Shown here one piece after another: positions 29,355-40,304 of a stretch of DNA of 64,000 nt (the stretch's first letter is position 1; every line of letters starts with the position of its first letter). The notes under the pieces were generated by a model, which was given only the letters and a program-made list of their open reading frames with translations, was not told the origin of the DNA and ran no database searches. Origin of the DNA: Bacteroidales bacterium UBA1410 (GTDB lineage: Bacteria; Bacteroidota; Bacteroidia; Bacteroidales; Dysgonomonadaceae); contig DBPW01000014.1 in the NCBI GenBank assembly GCA_002305015.1, forward strand, positions 6,633 to 70,632, in the 5' to 3' direction. The position numbers and the translations under genes are program-made.

Positions 29355-31736
29355 ATGGAACACGTCAACCCAACATCATCAATTCGCAACCATGTGGCAA
29401 TCGGCTTAATTTCGGCATGCATTATCGCTTTTCAATTAATATTGATGCAAATTTTGTCGTATGTACAATGGTATCACTTTGCCTATATGATTATATCCAT
29501 CGCCCTGCTCGGATTTGGCGCCGCAGGAACTTTCCTGACAATTTTCCAAAAAAAACTTGAACAAAACTACGTTACCCTTTTCCCTTTTTTATTACTCATT
29601 ACAGCAATTCTCATTCCTGTGGTGGTTGGAGTTGCCAATTCCAAGGCTGTTCGTTTCGATTCATTGCTTATTTTTCAGGATTCACGCCACATCGGCAAGT
29701 TAATTCTCACTTATTTGATTTTTTTTCTGCCTTTCTTTTCCGGGGCTTTATCCATCGGAATGAGTTTTTCGAAGTTTGCCGATCAAATCGGGAAAATTTA
29801 TTTTTCCAATCTCATCGGATCAGGCATAGGAGGAATTGTAGCCTTACTCTTCATGCAATGGATAATTCCGGAACAACAACCCTTTGCCGTTGCCATACTT
29901 GCCTTTTTAGGAGGAATTATTTCACTGCCCCGAAATAAAAAAACACTTCTCCGAATCACCCTCCCACTTTCGACTCTTATTTTAGTCGTCTTTTATTTCT
30001 ATCCACCGCAATTAACCCCATCCGAATACAAAGATATCACCAGAACCATGCTGTTGCCCGAAGCGAAAATCGAGTATGCAAAAAGTACTCCGAATGGTTT
30101 TGTGCAAATTGTTTCATCACCTGTCATCCGTTATGCTCCCGGCGTAAGCCTTGCTTACCAAGACCCTTACCCAATCCGAAAAGTTGTTTTTAATAATGGA
30201 AACTGGATGGGATGTCTTCTTCCACAACCCATAAAGCAGAACGAAACGAGTATTCTTGACTACACGCCTCAAGCCTTACCCTATCATATCGAAGAAATAG
30301 AAAATGCCCTGATTATCGATGCAGGAACAGGAGAAAACGTTCTGCTGGCCTTGTCGCATCAGGTACCCCACATTATTGCCAATGAACCGCATCCTGAAAT
30401 TTTCAACATACTTAGCCGATCTTTCGACGGTTTTCCACAGGTTCAGCCTCATCAAACCCTCTCACGAACATTGCTCACTCTCCATACACAGCAACTTGAT
30501 TTGATAGAACTTCCCGTTATCGGTTCGTTCTTTGGCAATTCGGGGTTAAATGCCGTTGAACCACGATATGAATTAACCATAGAAGCACTGCAAGAAATGT
30601 GGAACAAGCTTTCGGAAAAAGGAATGATCTCGTTGAGCTGTTGGATGGATTATCCCGTACGAAATGCGTACCGACTTTTAGCCACTATCGGCTTTCTTCT
30701 CGATAAAAACAACATAACACATCCTCTGGAACACGTTGTTGCCATACGAAGTTGGGGTGCAGTTACCTTTCTGGTAAAAAAATCACCCTTCGCCCTTGAT
30801 GAAATCGAAAAGGTTTATCAGTTTTGTGAAAACCAAATGTTCGATCCGCTTGTTCTTCCCGAAGAGCAGAAAATTGACCGAGACAAGTTTAATATGCTTC
30901 AGGACACTACTTTTTTTATTCATGTAGACCAACTCTTATCTTCCGACAAAAAAGCATTGATACAAGCCTATCCTTATCGGATACACCCTACTACCGACAA
31001 CCGGCCTTTTTTCTTCCAATTTATCCGCATTAAGCAAATTCCGCAATTGATATCTTCCATTCGTGAGAAAAACTTTCCTTTTTTAGATATCGGTTATGTG
31101 CTCATCATCCTCACATTCATTCAAATTATTTTTATTGCGGCGATTTTTATTCTTTTGCCTTTATCTTTCAAACCATGGAAAAGTAAACACAAGAAATGGG
31201 TAATTGTGTATTTCAGCGGATTGGGGTTGGCTTATATGTTTTTGGAAATGGTATTCATTCAACAATTTACCTTTTATTTTGGAGAACCCACCTACGCTAC
31301 CTCCGCCACCCTCAGTATTTTACTTTTTACTTCAGGATTGGGAAGTTATTATTCATCTGCCTGTCGAAAGAATAAAATCCGTTTGGCATTACCGCTTATT
31401 ATTGCCGCTATCCTCCTATTGTACGCTTTCGTTCTCTCCCCAATTCTTTCAGCTACAATAGGCGTCGCTTTACCTTTCAAAATATTGATTGCTATCGTTT
31501 TATTAGGAACACCGGGGTTCTTTTTAGGAATGCCGTTCCCTATCGGAATCGACTATCTTGCTGAAAAAAAGAGCGACGACATCCCATGGGCATGGGCTTT
31601 GAACGGATATTTTTCGGTAATCAGCACCGTTTTGGCAATCATTATATCCGTAGAAGCCGGCTATTTTGTGCTATTGCTCATGGCTGCATTAACTTATGCT
31701 TTGGTAAGCATATCCAATGGTTGGATAAAGGCATGA
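29355..31736 (+). CDS. Polytopic membrane protein with central spermidine-synthase/SAM-methyltransferase-like domain
   Basis: N- and C-terminal TM bundles (YHFAYMIISIALLGFG, Y.SNL.GS, GMPFP.G, WAWALNG), central IIDAGTG, PTTDNRPFF. Confidence 0.75.
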   Translation: MEHVNPTSSIRNHVAIGLISACIIAFQLILMQILSYVQWYHFAYMIISIALLGFGAAGTFLTIFQKKLEQNYVTLFPFLLLITAILIPVVVGVANSKAVRFDSLLIFQDSRHIGKLILTYLIFFLPFFSGALSIGMSFSKFADQIGKIYFSNLIGSGIGGIVALLFMQWIIPEQQPFAVAILAFLGGIISLPRNKKTLLRITLPLSTLILVVFYFYPPQLTPSEYKDITRTMLLPEAKIEYAKSTPNGFVQIVSSPVIRYAPGVSLAYQDPYPIRKVVFNNGNWMGCLLPQPIKQNETSILDYTPQALPYHIEEIENALIIDAGTGENVLLALSHQVPHIIANEPHPEIFNILSRSFDGFPQVQPHQTLSRTLLTLHTQQLDLIELPVIGSFFGNSGLNAVEPRYELTIEALQEMWNKLSEKGMISLSCWMDYPVRNAYRLLATIGFLLDKNNITHPLEHVVAIRSWGAVTFLVKKSPFALDEIEKVYQFCENQMFDPLVLPEEQKIDRDKFNMLQDTTFFIHVDQLLSSDKKALIQAYPYRIHPTTDNRPFFFQFIRIKQIPQLISSIREKNFPFLDIGYVLIILTFIQIIFIAAIFILLPLSFKPWKSKHKKWVIVYFSGLGLAYMFLEMVFIQQFTFYFGEPTYATSATLSILLFTSGLGSYYSSACRKNKIRLALPLIIAAILLLYAFVLSPILSATIGVALPFKILIAIVLLGTPGFFLGMPFPIGIDYLAEKKSDDIPWAWALNGYFSVISTVLAIIISVEAGYFVLLLMAALTYALVSISNGWIKA

Positions 31737-31744
31737 TTCGATAC

Positions 31745-34087
31745 TCATTTCTTTGTAGAAGATCTTCTCCCCTTTTTTTCGCTTTTGCTTTTGTTTTTAT
31801 CGGCTTCGGCGATAATTTTTCGGCAATCTTCAAGTGATAGTTCTGCAGGGTCCAATCCTTTAGGAATTTTGTAGTTCTCCTTTTCAAAAGCAATATAGGG
31901 TCCGTAACGTCCCTTCAACACTTGAAGGCCGGGTTCTTCTAAAAATGTTTTTATTATCTTTTCTTTCTCTTCTTTTTCTTTGGCTTCGATAAGGGTAACA
32001 GCTTCTTCAGCCGTGATTTCCAGCGGATCGGCATCTTTGGGTAACGAAACAAATTTGTTGTCGTAACGAACATAAGGACCAAAACGACCTACTCCTACCA
32101 CCATTTCTTTTCCGCGAAATTCGCCCAAACTGCGTGGTAATTCAAACAATTTCAATGCTTCTTCAAGGGTAATGGTTTCGATGGATTGTGACTTTTGCAA
32201 CGGAGCAAACAAGGGTTTCTCCTCCTCATCGGCTGTGCCGATTTGTGCCAACGCACCATAGCGTCCGATTTTAACCGATACCCGACGGCCGGTTTTGGGG
32301 TCAACCCCCAATATTCTTTCGCCCGTTTTGTGTTCGCTCCGCATGTTTACCGTCTTCTCCACTGTAGGATGAAAGGTTTTGTAAAAATTGGCTATCGACT
32401 TATTCCACGGCATTTTGCCTTCGGCAATTTTATCGAAGTCTTTTTCCACCTCGGCAGTGAAGTTATAATCCACAATATCGGGAAAATATTCCACAAGAAA
32501 ATCGTTCACCACCATGCCGATATCGGTAGGAACAAGCTTATTCTTGTCGGCTCCGGCCATTTCTTTTTTCGATGTATCTTTTATTTTCCCGTTTTTCAGC
32601 GTAATGACTGCATAAGTACGTTCTTCGCCCTCCACATTTCGTTTCTCCACATAACCCCGTTGCTGAATGGTAGATATAGTAGGAGCATAGGTAGAAGGGC
32701 GGCCGATGCCCAATTCTTCCATTTTTCGCACCAGGGAAGCTTCTGTATATCGTGGAGGACGTTGGGTATAACGCTCTGTAGCGGTTGTTTCCGTCATAAG
32801 AAGCCTCTCACCTTGTTTCACAGGCGGAAGAATAGCACTATCATTTTCTGCCTCCTCATCATCGGTCCCTTCGCGATACACGCGCAAAAAACCATCGAAT
32901 TTAATCACTTCTCCGGTAGCCACAAACTTGCCTTCAACATTGGAAACACCAATTGTGGCAGTCGTTTTTTCCAGCTCGGCATCGGTCATTTGCGATGCAA
33001 TGGTACGCTTCCAGATTAAGTCGTACAACCGCTTTTCCTGTGACGTTCCACTGATTTCGCGTTCATTAAGATAAGTGGGGCGAATAGCTTCGTGCGCTTC
33101 CTGAGCGCCTTTTGATTTTGTGGAATATTGTCGGGGTTTCGAATATTCATCACCATAAAGGTCTACAATCTCGTTTTTCGCTGCTTGTATAGCCAATGAC
33201 GACAAATTTACCGAATCGGTACGCATATAGGTGATTTTTCCCGATTCATACAAGCGTTGTGCTATCATCATGGTTTGCGCAACCGAATAGCCCAACTTAC
33301 GCGATGCTTCCTGCTGTAAAGTAGAAGTAGTGAACGGAGGAGCCGGTGATTTCTTAACCGGCTTAACCGTAATATCCTCCACGGTGAACTCAGCAGATTT
33401 AAGCTTATCCAGCAAGGACAATGCCTCTTCTTTGGTTTTGAGGCGTTTATTGTATTCTGCTTTTATCTCGTATACTTTACCATTCTCTTCCTTCGAAAAA
33501 AGTGCTACAATACGATACGATGCTTCCGGCTTGAATTGTTGAATCTCTCGCTCACGTTCAACAATAAGCCTCACGGCTACCGACTGAACTCTTCCGGCAG
33601 AAAGCGCCGGTTTGATTTTTCTCCATAAGACCGGTGAAAGCTCAAAACCCACAATGCGATCCAATACGCGTCGGGCCTGCTGTGCATCTACCAAATTCTT
33701 ATCGATGCCACGTGGATTTTTAATTGCCTCCTGAATAGCCGGTTTTGTGATTTCGTGAAAAACAATGCGCTTCGTATCCTTCTTTTCCAATCCCAACACA
33801 TCATACAGATGCCATGCAATGGCCTCTCCCTCGCGGTCTTCATCAGATGCCAGCCAAACTGTATCGGCCTCTTTTGCTGCAGCTTTAAGTTCGGATACCA
33901 CTTTCTTCTTATCGGATGGTATTTCGTATATAGGTTTAAAATCGTTTTCGATATCGATACTGAAATCTTTTTTTTTCAGATCGCGGATATGTCCGTAACT
34001 TGACAACACCCGATACTCTTTTCCGAGAAATTTTTCAATAGTTTTTGCTTTTGCCGGCGACTCTACAATAACCAAATTCTTCCCCAT
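31745..34087 (-). CDS. topA: DNA topoisomerase I
   Basis: IVESPAKAK, SDEDREGE, SAGRVQS, ITYMRTDS, GRYG C-terminal repeats; TACTTTTG promoter at 34138-34145. Confidence 0.98.
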   Translation of the reverse strand: MGKNLVIVESPAKAKTIEKFLGKEYRVLSSYGHIRDLKKKDFSIDIENDFKPIYEIPSDKKKVVSELKAAAKEADTVWLASDEDREGEAIAWHLYDVLGLEKKDTKRIVFHEITKPAIQEAIKNPRGIDKNLVDAQQARRVLDRIVGFELSPVLWRKIKPALSAGRVQSVAVRLIVEREREIQQFKPEASYRIVALFSKEENGKVYEIKAEYNKRLKTKEEALSLLDKLKSAEFTVEDITVKPVKKSPAPPFTTSTLQQEASRKLGYSVAQTMMIAQRLYESGKITYMRTDSVNLSSLAIQAAKNEIVDLYGDEYSKPRQYSTKSKGAQEAHEAIRPTYLNEREISGTSQEKRLYDLIWKRTIASQMTDAELEKTTATIGVSNVEGKFVATGEVIKFDGFLRVYREGTDDEEAENDSAILPPVKQGERLLMTETTATERYTQRPPRYTEASLVRKMEELGIGRPSTYAPTISTIQQRGYVEKRNVEGEERTYAVITLKNGKIKDTSKKEMAGADKNKLVPTDIGMVVNDFLVEYFPDIVDYNFTAEVEKDFDKIAEGKMPWNKSIANFYKTFHPTVEKTVNMRSEHKTGERILGVDPKTGRRVSVKIGRYGALAQIGTADEEEKPLFAPLQKSQSIETITLEEALKLFELPRSLGEFRGKEMVVGVGRFGPYVRYDNKFVSLPKDADPLEITAEEAVTLIEAKEKEEKEKIIKTFLEEPGLQVLKGRYGPYIAFEKENYKIPKGLDPAELSLEDCRKIIAEADKNKSKSEKKGRRSSTKK

Positions 34088-34230
34088 TCCGTACTTTTTC
34101 TCCTTTATATTTCGTATTTTAAATTATCTTTCGCATGCAAAAGTAGTAATTTTGTATCATCAACAAATAATTTTTTAAAAATTAGTTGCTTTCTGACACA
34201 GTAAAGGCATGCTTTACTCAACAAAAGATT

Positions 34231-35409
34231 TTATAGTTCAACATAGGTAAGTTCGGCATACAAGAGCTCATAGTCTCGCTCTGCCTCCAATACTTTTGTG
34301 ATCCTGCCATAATAAAGCCCTTTTTCCGAAATATAATCCATCATCGAAATATGGCCCAAATCCAAGGCTTTTTCCAGGAGTTCGGGATCATCATATAATC
34401 TCATGGAAGCATGATAATCAAGAATCAACTGTTGCAAATCTTGTGCCTGCTGATATAACGCACGAAAAGCATCATAAAACTCTTGTCGCATATTCGCTGC
34501 ATGCATTTCGGAAGCCTCAGCCTGCATTTTTGCCTGTTGCAATCGCTGCGAATTTCTCCACAGCGGAACCGATATTCCCAACGTCACACCTTGATACCGC
34601 TCTCCCACCACATTTTCCATCAGATAACCCACCGAGAAGCGGGGTAAATTCGCCTTTTTAGCCACCTTTATCCGATACGTGTTCAATTCCGATTCCTTAT
34701 AAGCATACAAAAGCATCGCATTTTTCTGCTCCATCTGTTCAAACCATTGCTCAAAATCGGCGGGAAGAGGATGAAGATCGTATTGAGTACCGGTCAGTTC
34801 AACGGCAATTCCGCCATTCAGTCGTTTCAACTCCGAAAGAATTCGCTTCTGCTCGATATCCATGCGCGAAACTTCATGTTTTATTTCGGCAAAGTAAAGT
34901 TGCACATTGTTGTACTCCAGCATGCCGATATTGCCTTTTTCATACTGTTTCCGGTATGTATCGGCCACATGCTCCGCCCTTTGCAGTTGCTTATTCCGTT
35001 GCTCTCGAAGAGCATTATAGTAAATCAGCTCTATACATAATTTTTTTGCCTCCAACAATACCTGTGTTCGTTCCGACTGATGATTCAGTTCCACCAGTTC
35101 GTTTTCGCGTGAAACCACTTTTTTTTTCATTCCCGTTACCAAGGGGATATCAAAACCTTGTGAAACACTCACGTCCTGCCTATTACCTATTTCATGCGGA
35201 CTTCCCCACAAATAGGCAAATTCCGCTTCCGGATCGTCGGGCATCATCTCCTCACGGTTGCCTGCGATCCGGGCATCGGCATCTTTGCGCAACGCTTTCA
35301 AGGTGCCATTGTTTTGCTCAATGGAAGCCAGAATCCGATTGATTTGGTCATTATTGGCACAAATCGTCATATTCAAGATCATCATGCACAAAAACAGTAT
35401 CTTTCTCAT
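34231..35409 (-). CDS. TolC/CzcC-family outer-membrane efflux channel
   Basis: Signal peptide, helical repeats, GISVPLW; last gene of the RND operon. Confidence 0.85.
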   Translation of the reverse strand: MRKILFLCMMILNMTICANNDQINRILASIEQNNGTLKALRKDADARIAGNREEMMPDDPEAEFAYLWGSPHEIGNRQDVSVSQGFDIPLVTGMKKKVVSRENELVELNHQSERTQVLLEAKKLCIELIYYNALREQRNKQLQRAEHVADTYRKQYEKGNIGMLEYNNVQLYFAEIKHEVSRMDIEQKRILSELKRLNGGIAVELTGTQYDLHPLPADFEQWFEQMEQKNAMLLYAYKESELNTYRIKVAKKANLPRFSVGYLMENVVGERYQGVTLGISVPLWRNSQRLQQAKMQAEASEMHAANMRQEFYDAFRALYQQAQDLQQLILDYHASMRLYDDPELLEKALDLGHISMMDYISEKGLYYGRITKVLEAERDYELLYAELTYVEL

Positions 35410-38400
35410 TGCTCATCGTTTAATTTTTCTTGTTTCTTTTTGTCTTTACCGGCAATAAAACCATACATCACCGGGATAATAAATCCGTTAAGTGCTGTAG
35501 AAGTAATTAACCCGCCCAATATGACTTTAGCCATAGGACTTTGAATTTCGTTTCCGGGGAGATGTCCACTTAAAGCCATGGGCACCAATGCTAAAGCCGA
35601 AGACAATGCCGTCATCAGAATCGGGTTTAATCGATCGAGCGAACCTTGAATAATGGTATCGTGAACCGACAGTCCCGCTGCGTGTAAATCGTTATACCGA
35701 TTAAGAAGCAACACGCCGTTTCGGGTAGCAATGCCGAATAACGATATAAACCCGATAATAGACGGAATGTTCATTACGCCTCCGGTAAAAAAAACAATAA
35801 ACACTCCTCCGATAAGCGACAAAGGTAGGTTTACCATTGCAATCGCAGCTTGCGGCCAACTTTTGAATTCTGCAAAAAGCAATAGAAAAATCGTGAGGAC
35901 AGACAACACCGAAGCCAAGGTCAGGGTACGTGATGCCGACCGGGCACTTTCGAACTGCCCGCCATACTCCACATGATAGCCCTCCGGAAGCCGGATTTCG
36001 TTCTCGATGGTGTTGCGAATATCATCCACGGCTCCTTGCAAATCACGCCCGGTAATATTTGCAGAAACAACCATTTTACGCGAAACATTCTCCCGATTAA
36101 TCGTATGAGGTCCCGCCGATGAAACAATATCGGCCACTTGACACAAAGGCACTTTTTGCCCATCGGCATCTATTGCCAGATTACCGATAGCTTCTACGCT
36201 CTCCCTGTCCTTGTCCTTAACCCTCAGTATAAGATCAAACGAGCGATCTCCTTCATAGACCTGAGAAACCGGTTTTCCTTCCAACAGCACACCAATCGCT
36301 TCGTTGAATTCGGGAAGCGAGATACCATATTTGGCAAGTATTTCCCGCTTGGGAACAATCTTCAATTGCGGACGTTCCACTTGTTGCTCAACATTAAGAT
36401 CCACTACTCCATCGATATTTGAAATAGCCGTTTTTATTTGATTGCCAATGCGATACATTTTGTTGAGATCGGGACCAAACAGCTTCACTGCAATATTGGC
36501 CTGTGTTCCTGAAAGCATGGCGTCAATTCGATGCGAAACCGGCGACCCAATTTCGATATTCACACCGGGAATGACCTTCATTTTTTCCCGTATTTCGGCA
36601 ATGACTTCCTCTTTCGTCCGTCCTTTCAACTCATAAGGAGCTTCTATTTCGGAAACGTTGACTCCCAGCGCGTGTTCATCCAACTCTGCGCGCCCTGTTT
36701 TTCGACCAACGACCTGAATTTCGGGGATGCTCAACAGAATATCCTCAGCCATTTTCCCTATTTTATCCGACTCGTCCAATGATACCCCCGGCAATGTACT
36801 CACGTTGATCGTAAACGAGCCTTCATTAAATGGCGGCAAAAAACTCTTCCCGAAAGACAACAGCATGAAAACAGAAACCACCAATGCCGCACCCACACCA
36901 ATAAGTAATCCTTTTCTGTGAAACAATGCGCTTTCCAACAGATTGCGGTAGATCGTTTTTAAGATACGCACCAAAAACGGATCCTTTTTCAGTGGATCAC
37001 TTCGCTCGCTACCCAGTAAATAACTACATAAGACAGGCGTCAGTGTAAGTGAAACCGCCGTAGAAGCAAACAACGCCATAACGAACGTCAGCCCAAGCGG
37101 AATCAGCATACGCCCTTCCATTCCCTGCAAAAAGAAGAGCGGAATGAAACTGACCACCACAATCAGTGTCGAATTCCAAATCGGCCTTCGCACTTCACGT
37201 GAAGCATTAAAAACAACTTGAAGCACACTTTTTTGCTCATTTTGCGGTTTCATTCGGTTCTCACGCAATCGTTTAAACACATTCTCCACGTCGACAATCG
37301 AATCATCGACCAACGACCCAACGGCAATGGCGAGACCGCCCAAGCTCATTGTATTGATGGTTAATCCCATTAATTTCACCACCACAAAGGTAGTCAATAC
37401 AGAAATCGGTATAGTAACCAGCGATATCAGCGTAGTGCGGGCATTCATCAGAAAAACAATCAGCACGATCACCACAAAAAGTCCACCCATCAGCAGCGCA
37501 TCCACCACATTGTGGATGGCATTGTCGATAAAACGCGACTGGCGATAAATATCGGTTGAAATATGTACATCGGGAGGCAAATTGATGCGGATATCGTTTA
37601 ACGAAGCATCGATTTTTTCCGTCAGTTTTTTTGTATCGACGTTGGGTTGCTTGGTGATGGTCAACATAACAGCCGGTTTGCCGTTAAGCGATGCCGCGCC
37701 CATGCGGGGCAGTTTTGCACCGGTACCTATTTCCGCAATATCTTCCAACACAACAGGAACGCCGTCTATTTTTTTAACTAACGCCTTTCCCATCTCGCCG
37801 ATTCGATTCGTGGAAAGCATCCCACGAATGATATATTCGTTGCCGTATTCATAAAGAACACCGCCGGAAGAATTCCGATTCATTCCATCCACAGCAGCCA
37901 CCACCTCATCGAGTCCCACACCGTAGTGTTTCATCTTGTTCGGATCGAGAGCAATCCGGTATTCCTTCACATCTCCGCCAAGAACAGATACCTGAGCCAC
38001 ACCGCCCGTCGACAATAATCGCGGACGGAGGGTCCAGTCTGCCAACGTACGTAACTCTTCCATCGACGTAACGGAATCGGCAGTGAGACCGATAATCATG
38101 ATTTCTCCCAAAATAGACGACTGCGGACCTAACGTAGGATTTCCCACCTCGGGTGGTAATTGTTCGTTTATGGCCGACAACTTTTCCGAAACAATTTGAC
38201 GTGCTGTAAAGATATTTGTACCCCAATCAAATTCTACCCACACTACAGAGAAACCGGTAGTTGAAGAAGAGCGCACCCGTCGCACATCGGTAGCCCCGTT
38301 TACAGCCGTCTCGACAGGAAACGTCACCAAACGCTCCACCTCTTCGGGCGCCATACCGGGCGCTTCGGTCATGACAACCACCGTAGGCGCATTCAAATCG

Positions 38401-38519
38401 GGAAACACATCCACTTCCATTTTCGAAACCACAAAAGAACCCACAATCAGCAACAGAACTGCTATTGCCAGTATCGTCACTCGATTATCGAGTGAAAATC
38501 GAATTAATTTATCCAACAT
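35406..38519 (-). CDS. CusA/CzcA-family heavy-metal RND permease
   Basis: DVFPDL, NTMSLGGLAIAVGSLVDDSIVDVEN, GRAELDEHA, RLNPILMTA. Confidence 0.94.
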   Translation of the reverse strand: MLDKLIRFSLDNRVTILAIAVLLLIVGSFVVSKMEVDVFPDLNAPTVVVMTEAPGMAPEEVERLVTFPVETAVNGATDVRRVRSSSTTGFSVVWVEFDWGTNIFTARQIVSEKLSAINEQLPPEVGNPTLGPQSSILGEIMIIGLTADSVTSMEELRTLADWTLRPRLLSTGGVAQVSVLGGDVKEYRIALDPNKMKHYGVGLDEVVAAVDGMNRNSSGGVLYEYGNEYIIRGMLSTNRIGEMGKALVKKIDGVPVVLEDIAEIGTGAKLPRMGAASLNGKPAVMLTITKQPNVDTKKLTEKIDASLNDIRINLPPDVHISTDIYRQSRFIDNAIHNVVDALLMGGLFVVIVLIVFLMNARTTLISLVTIPISVLTTFVVVKLMGLTINTMSLGGLAIAVGSLVDDSIVDVENVFKRLRENRMKPQNEQKSVLQVVFNASREVRRPIWNSTLIVVVSFIPLFFLQGMEGRMLIPLGLTFVMALFASTAVSLTLTPVLCSYLLGSERSDPLKKDPFLVRILKTIYRNLLESALFHRKGLLIGVGAALVVSVFMLLSFGKSFLPPFNEGSFTINVSTLPGVSLDESDKIGKMAEDILLSIPEIQVVGRKTGRAELDEHALGVNVSEIEAPYELKGRTKEEVIAEIREKMKVIPGVNIEIGSPVSHRIDAMLSGTQANIAVKLFGPDLNKMYRIGNQIKTAISNIDGVVDLNVEQQVERPQLKIVPKREILAKYGISLPEFNEAIGVLLEGKPVSQVYEGDRSFDLILRVKDKDRESVEAIGNLAIDADGQKVPLCQVADIVSSAGPHTINRENVSRKMVVSANITGRDLQGAVDDIRNTIENEIRLPEGYHVEYGGQFESARSASRTLTLASVLSVLTIFLLLFAEFKSWPQAAIAMVNLPLSLIGGVFIVFFTGGVMNIPSIIGFISLFGIATRNGVLLLNRYNDLHAAGLSVHDTIIQGSLDRLNPILMTALSSALALVPMALSGHLPGNEIQSPMAKVILGGLITSTALNGFIIPVMYGFIAGKDKKKQEKLNDEQ

Positions 38520-38534
38520 GACCTCTCCGTAATT

Positions 38535-39698
38535 TTAATGTGCGTGTGAATGCCCTTCGGGAATAACCGAAGCAGTGGCAGCCAATTTAACCTGATAAGT
38601 ACCTTTCGTGACCACTCTGTCTCCCTCCTTAAGCCCGGATAAAATCCGCACCCGCTCTCCGTCACTCAACCCGATATGCACTTCTTGCTTTTTAAAAACC
38701 TCCCTGTCCAATTGCACGTAAACGAAATAAAGTCCTTGCTCTTCGGTCACTGCCGAAACAGGCACAGCAAGGACATCCATCAGCGGCAACGATAACAAAA
38801 AAACATCGACATACGAACCGGGAACAATATCTCCGCAATTGTCGAAATCGAAGATGACCGGTATATAAAACGAATTTTCATCCACAGTACGACCATACGA
38901 AATCAACCGTCCATTCAAATCGGACAATTTATATAAGGTATTGCCGTAGGAGGGTTTAAAGTTGGCTCCCGTGAGGGTTGGAAGACGATCGGCATATTTT
39001 TCTGAAACTTCGGCACGAAGTTGCAACCGCTTATTGCGAGTAACCATAGCAAGGGGTTGCCCAATCTCCACATAATCTCCCTTTTTGACGTACACCTTTT
39101 TAATATAACCGTCGATTGGCGACGAAACCGTTACTCCCGACGAGGTGATGACCGGGGGGAGGGCATTTTTTGCCTTTTCGTAACGCAACCGAACTTGTTC
39201 GAACTCTTCTTGCGAAATTAACCGATCGGCCACAAGGCTTTTCGCCCTTTCGTATTCGCGCAAAGCCGACTCGTATTCAACCTCTGCCGCAACCGAAGGA
39301 TCTCCGTTTACCATATTTTTGGCCGAAACCGTTATAAGAGGAGTTCCCGATTTTACACTCATCCCCTCCATGAGATATTTACCGGCAAAATCAACCACCC
39401 CGGCCGAGGCGGAAACCACCGTCGCTTCGTTGTCGGGAGTGGATTGTATTTGTCCGCTTACGTGAATTACTTCGGTAAACGACGACGGACTCACCGTAAT
39501 TACCTCAAGACCTGCAGCCCGAGCTTGCTCTTCATGAAAAACAATTTCGCCGGCATGTGCCTTTTCGGCGGTATGCGAATGCAGATCTTCCATGCTCTCG
39601 AGTTCATGTTCGTGATCGTGATGTTCTTCTTTCACTGAATGGCATCCTGTTATAACAAGGCATAATGCAGAAAAAAGAAAGCAGCTATATTTTCTCAT
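38535..39698 (-). CDS. RND periplasmic adaptor lipoprotein (CzcB-like), His-rich termini
   Basis: Lipobox ITGC, EEHHDHEHE, SPIDGYI, C-terminal PEGHSHAH; ATG at 39698. Confidence 0.9.
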   Translation of the reverse strand: MRKYSCFLFSALCLVITGCHSVKEEHHDHEHELESMEDLHSHTAEKAHAGEIVFHEEQARAAGLEVITVSPSSFTEVIHVSGQIQSTPDNEATVVSASAGVVDFAGKYLMEGMSVKSGTPLITVSAKNMVNGDPSVAAEVEYESALREYERAKSLVADRLISQEEFEQVRLRYEKAKNALPPVITSSGVTVSSPIDGYIKKVYVKKGDYVEIGQPLAMVTRNKRLQLRAEVSEKYADRLPTLTGANFKPSYGNTLYKLSDLNGRLISYGRTVDENSFYIPVIFDFDNCGDIVPGSYVDVFLLSLPLMDVLAVPVSAVTEEQGLYFVYVQLDREVFKKQEVHIGLSDGERVRILSGLKEGDRVVTKGTYQVKLAATASVIPEGHSHAH

Positions 39699-39857
39699 TA
39701 ACTTATTTTTAGATGGAAATAATTTATAAAAATAACATTGTATCGCTTTTTGCGATGAAGGGTACAAACTAGCCCAAGGCATTACCGCCTGATTAACGGT
39801 AAAATCCTCTTTTTCGCAACTTGGATTAAACGAAACTAAGCGATATCCCTTTTGTTT

Positions 39858-40304
39858 TTAGGAAAAGAAAAAGGAAAGAAAATGAGAAACAGGAGGTGAA
39901 CGCAGCGATCCGGTTCGCCCCTTAAAGGCCGATCGATAAAAGTTAAGGTATGGGGGATAAGAAATTATTTTCCTACTCGAAAAAAGAGGTCCCTGTTTTT
40001 GCCCGAAAAACAAAAGCAATCCTTCGGAAAACAGGGTATGATCCATCATGACAGGTGTAAACAGCCACGATTTTGTTTCGCTGTCGGAAGTCGCCATATA
40101 CACACTTTCGGCCGGACACGTATCATGAGATGACGAGGAAGGGAGATGATGACGTGCATTCTCGGTATGCGCATGAGCAGGTGTAAAAATAAAACAAATG
40201 CCTCCCTGCTCCGGATGATGATGCGGAATAAAACTGGCGATCAACAAAACAAACGTTGCCAGAAAAAGAGGTAATATGGCCGGCTTCTTTCTCAGAATAA
40301 CCAA
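39858..40304 (-). CDS. His/Cys-rich leader protein with C-terminal RSPP motif (DUF6769/DUF2946-like)
   Basis: Basic N-terminus and hydrophobic helix, IPHHH...C...HAH...HH...HDTC, ends GSLRSPP; probable TTG start at 40304 below the TACATTTG promoter at 40317-40324. Confidence 0.7.
   Translation of the reverse strand: MVILRKKPAILPLFLATFVLLIASFIPHHHPEQGGICFIFTPAHAHTENARHHLPSSSSHDTCPAESVYMATSDSETKSWLFTPVMMDHTLFSEGLLLFFGQKQGPLFSSRKIISYPPYLNFYRSAFKGRTGSLRSPPVSHFLSFFFS

Noticed and set aside
32195-33019. 274-aa plus-strand ORF, and similar antisense ORFs such as 49917-50606, 2470-2997, 26480-27031 and 44558-45103
   Set aside because: They lie wholly antisense to conserved genes and have no recognisable motifs; these are codon-bias shadows
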